From Planctomycetota bacterium (GTDB lineage Bacteria; Planctomycetota; UBA8108; SXIK01): a stretch of 64,000 bases of DNA. Position 1 is the stretch's first letter; every line of letters starts with the position of its first letter. The notes under the pieces are model-generated. The model saw only the letters and a program-made list of their open reading frames with translations. It did not search any database and was not told the DNA's origin. Both the position numbers and the translations under genes were made by a program. The stretch is taken from the NCBI GenBank assembly GCA_965223265.1, contig OZ244999.1:8896001-8960000 (forward strand). The letters run 5' to 3'. Of this stretch, positions 31,335 through 40,300 are shown piece after piece.

Positions 31335-33281
31335 ATGTCAAGGATCAGGTTAGGGATCACGGCCGTGGTGGTGCTGGTGCAGCTGGGTGGAGCCATGGCG
31401 GCCGACGACTGTTTCGTGGAGTGCGACATGGCGTTCCAGGCGGGGATCGAGCGCTGCTCCCAGCCTGACGAAACCGGACAGGTGCCCGACTTCGACGTCT
31501 GTTTCCGTGAAGTGGAGCAGGCGCATTACGAATGCATCGAAGCTTGCGATGAGATCGTGGACCCACCGTGCGATGTGCAGTGCGCAGCGCAGCTCGAGTT
31601 GAGGCTCGAACGCTGTGCGACGCTGGAGGCGCCGGACGAGGCAGCCGAGTGCCAGGCCACCGCTGAATCGGACTTTGCCGGCTGCGTTCAGGCGTGTGGC
31701 GGCGACCCGGAGGATCCGTGTGAAGAGTGCCACCTCGCGTTCGACGCCGAGATCGTGGCCTGCCATGAACTCGGAAACGACGAGGAAGTCCACGAGTGCG
31801 AGCAGCGGGTGCACGAAGAGCTCGAGTCTTGCATGGTTGAGTGCGGTCCGGAAGAGGGGCGCTGTTTCCGCGATTGCGACATTGCTCTGCAAGCGGCTCT
31901 GGAGGCTTGCGTTGAAGAGGCCGACGGCCCCATCGATCCGAATGGTGAGATCGTCGATGGAGATGTCGACGGGGAATGCCAACAGGCCGCGTTCGACGCT
32001 TACAACAGTTGTATCGATCTATGCCTGCCCGAAGAGGCGCGCTGCGTCCGTGGCTGCGAACGTACGTACTCGGACGGGTTCACCGAGTGTCACCAGCTCG
32101 ACGATCCTGCGGCGCGCGAGGCCTGCCGCGCTGAAGTCGAAGAAGCGGCAATCTCCTGCATGAGAGAATGCGGCGTCGGAGAGGAGGAGCTCTGCTTTCG
32201 CAGCTGTGAGCTTGCGTTCACCGGCAACCTTGAAGGTTGTTTGTCGGGCGACGCGCAGGATCCAGAGTGCGAGCACCTGGCGCATTTGGAGATGGAGGTC
32301 TGCCTCCTCGACTGCGACCCGAACGTGCCGGACGACGCGCGCTGTTTGACCAGTTGCGACCTTGCCTTTCAGGCGGCGCTGAGCGACTGCGACAGCGACG
32401 AGTGCTATCAGGCAGCGCATGAGCAGTACGAAGCGTGCATTCGCGCTTGCGGCGTCGACGTGCCAGACGTGCCTCCTCTCGATCCCTGTTTGAGCGACTG
32501 CGATCGCCGCTACGAAGAGGGCGTCTACCGCTGTCACGAGCTCGACGACCCAGAGGTTGCTTCGGAATGCCTCACGGGGGTCGAGCTTGAGTATCTCGCC
32601 TGCCTCGGCGACTGTGGGGTCGACATTCCGGAGCCACCAGAGATTCCGGACGTGCCTTGCGTCGAGGGATGCGACGAGGCGTTCGAGAAGGCGTTGACCG
32701 CCTGCATCAACGACGAGGACGGTGCGCCCGACGACGCCTGTTTCGCGGCAGCCGACAACGCCTATCTCATCTGTCTGGCGACCTGCGGTATCGAAGTCCC
32801 GGACGATCCTGATTTGCCGGGACCGCCTCAGAGCGGCTGCGCGTTCGAGTGTGACGCTGAACTGTTGGAAGGGATCGCGGGATGCCTCGGCCCTGACGGT
32901 CAGCTCGACATCAACTGTGTCGTGGGCTTGGTCGTCGACTTCGAAAACTGTCGCTCTGGCTGCGAGGATGACGCGGAGAGCAACGTGCTCGCAGCGCTTC
33001 TCCGCACCGCGGGAGCTCATGACAAGTTCCTGCGCGGCGACGCGAACCTCGATCTTGTTCTTGATCTCTCGGACGCTATCGCCATTCTGCAGCAACTGTT
33101 CGTCGGCGAGGGGCTGACGAACTGTCCAGATTCTGCAGACGGCAACGACGACGGTGAAGTCGACATCAGCGACGCGCTCGCGGTGCTCAACCATCTGTTC
33201 GTCGGTGGGCCGAGTCTGCCGCCGCCGCTTGATGCTCCTGGCTCCGACCCGACGGCCGACCTCTTAGGTTGCCGTCTCTAG
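31335..33281 (+). CDS. Secreted acidic cysteine-rich repeat protein (10 six-Cys repeats) with C-terminal dockerin
   Basis: SD GGAGG; signal peptide; ten C-x3-C-x10-C-xn-C-x10-C-x3-C units; FLRGDANLDLVLDLSD...CPDSADGNDDGEVDISD. Confidence 0.85.
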   Translation: MSRIRLGITAVVVLVQLGGAMAADDCFVECDMAFQAGIERCSQPDETGQVPDFDVCFREVEQAHYECIEACDEIVDPPCDVQCAAQLELRLERCATLEAPDEAAECQATAESDFAGCVQACGGDPEDPCEECHLAFDAEIVACHELGNDEEVHECEQRVHEELESCMVECGPEEGRCFRDCDIALQAALEACVEEADGPIDPNGEIVDGDVDGECQQAAFDAYNSCIDLCLPEEARCVRGCERTYSDGFTECHQLDDPAAREACRAEVEEAAISCMRECGVGEEELCFRSCELAFTGNLEGCLSGDAQDPECEHLAHLEMEVCLLDCDPNVPDDARCLTSCDLAFQAALSDCDSDECYQAAHEQYEACIRACGVDVPDVPPLDPCLSDCDRRYEEGVYRCHELDDPEVASECLTGVELEYLACLGDCGVDIPEPPEIPDVPCVEGCDEAFEKALTACINDEDGAPDDACFAAADNAYLICLATCGIEVPDDPDLPGPPQSGCAFECDAELLEGIAGCLGPDGQLDINCVVGLVVDFENCRSGCEDDAESNVLAALLRTAGAHDKFLRGDANLDLVLDLSDAIAILQQLFVGEGLTNCPDSADGNDDGEVDISDALAVLNHLFVGGPSLPPPLDAPGSDPTADLLGCRL

Positions 33282-33304
33282 ATCGAGAGCCTGCGTACCT
33301 TGTG

Positions 33305-33330
33305 AGCCCCCGAGATCTCTCTCGGGGGCT
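33305..33330 (+). terminator. Perfect 11-bp stem-loop (terminator or mRNA-stabilising hairpin)
   Basis: AGCCCCCGAGA-TCTC-TCTCGGGGGCT followed by only a weak T tract (GCTTCCGTTT). Confidence 0.55.
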
Positions 33331-33341
33331 GCTTCCGTTTC

Positions 33342-34280
33342 ATGGAACAGACTCCGAGAACGACTATCATGTTGCAGCAACTGAATTCAGCTCGCACCGC
33401 GGGAAGCCGTTCTACCGAGCCGAGCTCCGGCGCCCATCACGGTCGATTGGTACCGGGGCTGTCTTGTTTGCGAGCACTCGTCGGAACTTTCGCGTTCGCA
33501 GCCGGTTTGATCGGAGCGTCGCCGCTAGCTCCGGCGCCGTGCCGATCGATTACCGTTGAACCTGATCCTGCATGCGTCAAGCTCGATCCGATCCATGCCG
33601 AAGTCGGCACGTCCGTGCGTTGTCCCGTGCGAGTCGAGACGAGCGAGCCGGTCCGCGTCCTCGGCATCCGTATGGAAGGTGACCCGGGAATCCTGGCGCT
33701 GCGATCGTGGTCGTTCGGAGACGGCCTTGCACGGCACATAGCCGACCACGGCGAACCTCCAGCATGCGACGTCATCATCTACCCTAACGGCGCTGGCATG
33801 TTTTCGGTGATGGCGCTCTCCGTGCCGTATTCGAGTGCAGAGTACGGTGAGGATTGGCTCGTTTTCGAGTACGAAGTCACCGGGAAGGAACAGCAATCGA
33901 CGTGCGTTTTCGTCCAGAGCGACACGGACGACTACGAAGCGGGTGCGTTGTTGCGTCTGAGTGATCTCGTTTCACGCGCACCGAAACGCTGTGTGGCGGC
34001 ATTCGTCTCTGAGGCAAAGCCGTTCCGACGTGGTGACGTTGACGGCGATGGCCACGTCGGCCTCGGTGACGCCGTGCGGACCCTTCGAGATCTCTTCTCG
34101 TCACAGCCTGGTGTGCGGTGCCAGGATGCCGCCGATGTGGACGACGACGGCCGCCTGAGTGTCAGCGATCCCATCGCTCTGATTAACGCGCTGTTTCGCG
34201 GCGCAGGTCCCATCGGTGAGACGTGTGAGCTCGATGGGACGGTGGACAGTCTCCTCAGCTGCGAGCGGAGCGACTGTTGA
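33342..34280 (+). CDS. Cohesin-like domain plus dockerin protein
   Basis: Signal-like segment; beta-rich domain starting AEVGTSVRCPVRV...MEGDPGILAL...WLVFEYEV (cohesin-like pattern); dockerin FRRGDVDGDGHVGLGD...CQDAADVDDDGRLSVSD. True start may be downstream. Confidence 0.65.
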   Translation: MEQTPRTTIMLQQLNSARTAGSRSTEPSSGAHHGRLVPGLSCLRALVGTFAFAAGLIGASPLAPAPCRSITVEPDPACVKLDPIHAEVGTSVRCPVRVETSEPVRVLGIRMEGDPGILALRSWSFGDGLARHIADHGEPPACDVIIYPNGAGMFSVMALSVPYSSAEYGEDWLVFEYEVTGKEQQSTCVFVQSDTDDYEAGALLRLSDLVSRAPKRCVAAFVSEAKPFRRGDVDGDGHVGLGDAVRTLRDLFSSQPGVRCQDAADVDDDGRLSVSDPIALINALFRGAGPIGETCELDGTVDSLLSCERSDC

Positions 34281-34296
34281 GCCAGCGGACGAGCCG

Positions 34297-37200
34297 ATGA
34301 CCGATCCCGAAAAACTTCGCAATCTGCTCGCCAACGAGAACTGGGTCCGCCAGCTCGCACGGCGGATGCTGTACGACGAGAGTTTCACCGACGACGTCGT
34401 TCAGGAGGTGTGGATTGCGGCGATTCGTCAGCCGCCCGCCAAGTCCGCCGCGCTGCAGGCCTGGTTGGCGCGGGTCGTACGGACGATGGCGGGTCGCGTG
34501 AATCGACGCACGAAGAGGCGCGCGGAGATTGAGAAGCGAGTCGTGAAGGCGAACGGTCAGGCTCCGTCCGTTGATCAGATCGCGCAGAATCTGGAGACGC
34601 AGCGCCGCTTGACCGACGCAGTCGCAGCGCTCGACGAGCCCTATCGAAGCGTTGTTTACCTTCACTTCTATCAAGGACTGCGCCTCGTCGATGTCGCCAC
34701 GACGCTGAACGTTAGCAGCTCGACGGTGCGGACTCGCCTGGCGCGAGGGCTCGAAAGACTCCGCAGTCGTCTCGAGGACGACTATGGCGATCGCTCCAGG
34801 ATGCGGAACGCGCTTTTCGGTTTGGTATTCGCCGGCAATTTGACGTGGATCGAAGGCGTGGCGGGTGCAGCGACTGCTTACAGCAAGAGTCATGTCGTGC
34901 CGGACGACGTCCGTGGCGAGAGCACCAAGGTTGAGGCGGGCGGCGTGGCTGCGTCGACCTCGGAGGCCAGGTCTCCGTCGATGTTCGTTCGTAGCGCCGC
35001 CGCGAGCCTGGCGATCATCGCGCTCTTTTTCGCGGTGCTACAGTTCGAGCGTTCGCCTTCCCAGCGCGCTGCTTCCCAGCCGTTTGCCACCATCGAAGCG
35101 GATGCGCAGCGCCTTGAGAAAGTTGACCGAAGCCTTGCTGGACTACCCGACTCCTCGCGATCTACGCCTGGCACCGAAACACTTCCTCGATCGAGCCCCG
35201 GCGTCCGCATCATCGACGAACGCGACGGCGACCCCGTCGCCGGAGCAAAGGTCTATCGGGTGCATCGCACTGAAGAGCGCTCGACTCCGCTCGGGGTCGC
35301 GGATGAGAACGGAGAGGTCGCGGTTGCCGCGGAAGTGCTCCGCAGGGATGGTCTTTTGGTCCTTGCTGAAGGCTATGTTGAGATGCAAGAAGCTGCGGGA
35401 ACGCGCGATGAGAACCTGCAGCCTCACGTGATCTCGCTCACTCCCGAGTTCGATGCTCAGGTGAGCATCCGGGCTGCCGACGGACGCCCTCTCGCAAATG
35501 TCGACGTTCGTTTCGATGCCGATATTCGCGGCATCGGATCAACACCGACGCTCTTCGCCGCGACGAGCCGCGACGGTATTGTCGCCTATACGCACCGCTA
35601 CGAACGCACGATGATTCGCACGCAAGCGCCGGGTTTCGCTGATCTTTCCGTCGTCGCGACGCCTCCGACAACGGTGTTGCAGCTGCGCGTGGGAAAGAGC
35701 GCGACCGGGATGGTGCTGGACGAGCGTGATCAACCGGTTGGCGGGTGTCGCGTACAGCTCGAGTCGGAGCTTCACCGAGCGCCGGTGATCTTGACGAGCG
35801 GTCGCGATGGTCGTTTCGACATGGGACGGCTTGCTCCGGAAGTCGAGATCGTCGCCAAGCTTTCCCATGATGAATTCCCTGTCACTGTGCATCGCGGCAG
35901 GCCGCCTCACGAGGCTTTGGGTTCTGCGGCTGGAGTGTGGTTGTTTCGCGTCCGCCGCGGCGTAGTAGTGACTGGCATCGTCCGTCGTCCGGACGGAGAT
36001 CCGGCCACACGTGGTTATGTCTTCGTCATGCGGCCGGAACCGAAAGGTGACGGCAACGTCGCCGCCGTCCCGATGGCGTCTCGGCTGCGCACCGCCGGTC
36101 TACCGAAACGACGGCGCGGTCGAGCGCGGCTCATGCCACTCGAGCGAGCACGGATCGACGGGGAAGGGACGTTCGAGCTTGGGCCGATCGCTTCTGAATC
36201 GCAGATTGAGCTTTTTCTTTTTGTGTTTCATCCCGGCTACCTAAACGCTCTTCTGCCGCTCGATATGTCGGCGAACCATCACGAGATTGACCTTGTCGAA
36301 GGCGGCGAGTTCTTTGGGCGCGTCCTCTCACCGACCGGAGCTCCGGTCAGCGGCGTGCAGCTCCATCTCGGGGATGTCTGGACGGACGGCCTCGAGTGTA
36401 TTGTTGGTCGCACGCGAACAGATAGTGAGGGGCGCTTTCGATTCACGGGTGTCCCAGATCTCAACAAGCACCCGCCACCCCTCGTCCCTGCTGACGCTTC
36501 GGCATCGGTCGGCGAGACCCTGAGTGAACGGCGACGCGACGTGGTGTTCTTGGCGACGTTCGCGCCCGACGAAATCCTCGCCGTCGACCACGTCACCATG
36601 GTCGAGTCGCCGCTAGAGAACGCCATTCCGATCGAAATGAAGGTAAACACCGGTGAGCCGACCGTCGTCGTCGTGACGAAGGGAAAGCAAAACGTGGACG
36701 TCGCCCTGCAACTGCGCGACTCACAAGATTTGCCGGTCAAGGCGTTCTGTCCGACCGTCCTTGTCGGTGAGGGCGGCGACGTCTACCAAGGCGTGATCGG
36801 TTCGGGTGTCCAGCGCCCTCGCTTCTTCGCCGACCAAATCGTGTCGCTACCCGCGGCGAGCCGTGTCGTCGGTCTCCTCATGCCGCACTCGTATTGCTGG
36901 CAGAGTGTCGAGCTCGATCCTGGAATGGGACCCGGCAAGGTCGATGTCTTCGTCGAGTCGCTACCGGTCCAGCCGGCACCGCTTCGTTTGCGGACGCAAG
37001 ATGACGTCGCTGCCGCTGGGCTCGAAGTTGCGATCGGATTTCCGTTCGCTTCGGCACCAACAGTCGCGCTGAGTCTCGGCGTCTCAAACACCGACGGCGA
37101 AATCGACGTGCGGTTCTTGCCTGCGGGCGAGTATCAAATCTACGTCGTCCCGCCCGGTTTGACGTCGCCGCGGCGCGGCCGCGTGCTCGAGATTCGAGGT

Positions 37201-37308
37201 GAGTCACGGGAGGTCATCGGACCGCGGGAAGTGATCGGACCGTGGCGCCGTTGGCTCGACGCCTCCACAGGAGGCACGGCAACGCTCGCGCTTCCCGCCG
37301 TGCCATAG
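34297..37308 (+). CDS. ECF sigma factor with TM helix and long extracytoplasmic carboxypeptidase-regulatory-like repeats
   Basis: sigma2 LARRM..DDVVQEVW..WLARV; sigma4 LDEPYRSVVYLHFYQGL..STVRTRLARGLERLR; TM AAASLAIIALFFAVL; repeated G.V.D..G.P..G..T..DGRF motifs. Confidence 0.85.
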   Translation: MTDPEKLRNLLANENWVRQLARRMLYDESFTDDVVQEVWIAAIRQPPAKSAALQAWLARVVRTMAGRVNRRTKRRAEIEKRVVKANGQAPSVDQIAQNLETQRRLTDAVAALDEPYRSVVYLHFYQGLRLVDVATTLNVSSSTVRTRLARGLERLRSRLEDDYGDRSRMRNALFGLVFAGNLTWIEGVAGAATAYSKSHVVPDDVRGESTKVEAGGVAASTSEARSPSMFVRSAAASLAIIALFFAVLQFERSPSQRAASQPFATIEADAQRLEKVDRSLAGLPDSSRSTPGTETLPRSSPGVRIIDERDGDPVAGAKVYRVHRTEERSTPLGVADENGEVAVAAEVLRRDGLLVLAEGYVEMQEAAGTRDENLQPHVISLTPEFDAQVSIRAADGRPLANVDVRFDADIRGIGSTPTLFAATSRDGIVAYTHRYERTMIRTQAPGFADLSVVATPPTTVLQLRVGKSATGMVLDERDQPVGGCRVQLESELHRAPVILTSGRDGRFDMGRLAPEVEIVAKLSHDEFPVTVHRGRPPHEALGSAAGVWLFRVRRGVVVTGIVRRPDGDPATRGYVFVMRPEPKGDGNVAAVPMASRLRTAGLPKRRRGRARLMPLERARIDGEGTFELGPIASESQIELFLFVFHPGYLNALLPLDMSANHHEIDLVEGGEFFGRVLSPTGAPVSGVQLHLGDVWTDGLECIVGRTRTDSEGRFRFTGVPDLNKHPPPLVPADASASVGETLSERRRDVVFLATFAPDEILAVDHVTMVESPLENAIPIEMKVNTGEPTVVVVTKGKQNVDVALQLRDSQDLPVKAFCPTVLVGEGGDVYQGVIGSGVQRPRFFADQIVSLPAASRVVGLLMPHSYCWQSVELDPGMGPGKVDVFVESLPVQPAPLRLRTQDDVAAAGLEVAIGFPFASAPTVALSLGVSNTDGEIDVRFLPAGEYQIYVVPPGLTSPRRGRVLEIRGESREVIGPREVIGPWRRWLDASTGGTATLALPAVP

Positions 37309-37364
37309 GGTCCCCAGGGACGCCGTAACCTGTCACGTGCCCAAGCCTTCAGGTTCGGTGTCGT

Positions 37365-40300
37365 CTATCGCGCACCGTAGAAGACTTGAATTTCGCCGCG
37401 GCGGGTGTAGAGCCCGATGATATCGCGGTCCCCGTCGCCGTCAAGGTCGAGGATTTCGAGCCCGCGGGGGCCGCCACCGACGGCCTCACCACCGCCGACA
37501 CTCAAGTCGGCGCGGCGCGGGAACCTACCCGGTCGGCGTCCCAAGAAGACCGTCAGATTGTTTGCCGGCACAAAGACGTTCGCCGTGGTTAGATCGGGTT
37601 GGCCGTCGAGATCGAGATCACGCGCGACGACTTTTACCGGGCCGACGCCAGAGAGTTCGGTGAAAAACGATCGTTCAAAGGTTGCCGTGTCGCGCTGGGA
37701 GAAGACCGCCAGGGTGCCTTCGTCGCGGCTGGCCACGGCGATGTCGGGCCGACCGTCGAGATCGAGGTCAGCCACTGACACCGACGTTGGACGCTGTGTG
37801 GCGGCGCTGTCTTGAATGAGGATCGGAGTGAATCGACTCGACGCATCCGGCGTTTCTCCCAGAAGAACAGCGACATGATCACCAGAGAAACTCACGACGA
37901 CGACGTCGAGTCGACCGTCGCGATTTACGTCGGCCGTCTCAAGGTCCACAATGCCGTCCGTCACATCGCCGGCGTTGTAAAACTCCGCCGGCGCGAAGAC
38001 TCGTGGTGCCGTCTGCACAAAGATCGCCACCTCATCAGCGGTGGGTGATGCGGCGAAGACGTCGGCGAGGTTGTCGCGATTGAGATCACCAACCGCAAGA
38101 CTGGTCGCGTGCTCGACCCCCGCGAGGGCGTGCCGCTGGAGTGCGCCTAGATCGCCGACGGTCGCAGACTCCTGAAATAACACACTGAGCTCATCGCGGG
38201 CGCTGTCAGCAAGAATCAGATCGATCCTGCCGTTCGCGTCAACGTCGTGGGCGATCACCGCACGACCAGCAACCGGTGGTTGGAACGGCGATTCGACTCC
38301 GCTACCTTCAGGCAACGCGTCTCGCTGCAAGAATTCTCCGGGGCTGGCCTGCAAGAAGAGCGAGGCGCCAGCGAACGCGTTCGCTGCGACGACAACGTCG
38401 AGGTCGCCGTCGGCATCCAGATCAGCGACGGCAAACGACTCGGGCTCTCCTACAGTCGGAACACTGCCGATTTTCGTGTCATCCAGAGGCGCGCCAAGGT
38501 CGCCGTCGCAGGCAGGTGTCCCGGTTGAGCGTCGACTGGTTTGGTGATAAACCTCTACACCACGGAAAGTCGTGGCTGCTATGTCAGGCAATCCATCTCC
38601 GTCGATGTCGGAGAGCGCTGCCGTTGCGCGTGCGCCGATTTCTGACTGCCCTAAAATGATGCGCGGCGAGACTTCGAATGCCGGTATCGATAAGGCTGTT
38701 GTGAGATCTTCCTGAGAAAAAACAGACAGTCGACCGCCGACCAGACCGACAACCAGATCGATTCCGCCGTCGAGATCTATGTCACTCGCCGCGAGCATTG
38801 ACGGCCTCACTTCTTGGCCGCCAGTGGCGTCGAAGACGAGATCAGGTCTCGTGGTTTCTCCGACTGGGCGGCCGAATACACCGGTGTCAGATTGGAGGAA
38901 GATTCCGATGTTTTCGCTGCGCCCGTTTGCTGTCGCCAAGTCGATTCGACCATCGCCGTTGAAATCTGCGCTGACCACGAAGACCGGGCCTACCAGTTCA
39001 GGAGTCGCGAGCTCTCGACCGGAGAAACGCAGTGACCCATCGACAGCCGAGCGTTCCTGAAAAAATAGCGCGACGTTGTCGCTATCTTCGTTTGCCGTTG
39101 CGATGTCTAGCAGCCCGTTGTCGTCCAAGTCCGTGATCGTCAGCGCCACCGGCGCGCGGAGAAGGCCAGAATCCAGCACGGCTTCGTCGATCACGAGGTC
39201 CGGCTGGTTGTTTCCTCCCACTGAGGCCGGGCGCCCGAAATCACGCGGGCCGTGCTGCAAGAAAATGGCGACGGCGTTGAAGTCTGTGCTGGCGACGATG
39301 ACGTCGAGGTGCCCGTCACCGTTGAGATCTCCAGCGGTGACGAACTCCGGTCCGTTGGTGGAGGCAGCGCTTCCGAGGCGGAGCTGCGGACCCGGATCGC
39401 CGCACGTTCGTGGCGTGCCAATCTCTCCGTCAGCGTCCTGGAAGAAGATCGAGATTTGGTGGGACGAGCGGTCCGAGACGATCAAGTCAACATGGCCGTT
39501 GTCGTCGAGATCATGAGCGACCAGAGAGCTGGGCTCGTCGATGGCGTCGCACGCGTCCGGGCAGGTCTCTGATCGTTGGCAGCCGCCGAGCGTCATGTCG
39601 GGCTCGCGATCGCAGTCCGAACCGCCGGCGAGTCCATAGCGACGTGGGCTTGACTGGAGGTAGATTGCGAGATCTCGAGTGGATTCGTTGGCGGCGACGA
39701 TGTCGGTGTCGCCGTCACCGTCGACGTCGGCGAGAGCGACCTTCGACGGTGTTAAACTCGAGAATCTCTGCGGCAAGACGTCAAGCGCGGGAGCGACGCC
39801 CCGCGGCACGTCGGATTCTCCGGAGCGACCGCGTTCGCGATCGTATGGTGTGGCGCGGATCAGTACCTCACCGCCACCGGCGACGTCGGAGCTATCCCAG
39901 ACGAACACGCCAAAGGCGAGAGGGGCAGGCCGAACGAGTTCGGATCTGAGCTCGATCTGCCACCTCCCCAGCGGCACGCCGGTAGGTGTTGGCTGAAAGA
40001 GTGTCGGTACCGGTCGATCCAGTGTGACGATTTGAGTCGCGCCGTCGAAGTTCGTGATGCGACGCCTTTGACCGATTCCGCCGCTCGCGAGCAACTGAGT
40101 GGACTCAGGCGTCGTCAGAAGTCGTAGGTCGGCCGGACCCGTCGTGACGCGCGTCTTTGCGGGCAGCCCGGAGAAGATCTCAAAGCTCGTCGCGCGGTCG
40201 CTGGCGAGCTCGACCGCGCAGAGTTCGAGAGCATCGTCCGCATCGGCGTCCGTCACGACGAGCAGACGAGCGCCGTTACCTTCGAGCGCGATCGAGCTCG

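Noticed and set aside
31716-31733. CEECH as a heme c site in the Cys-rich protein
   Set aside because: It is a one-residue-shorter version of the repeat's C-x3-C start, not repeated in other units.
37207-37242. REVIGP-REVIGP duplication near the ECF C-terminus
   Set aside because: Two degenerate 18-bp copies only; minor in-frame duplication.
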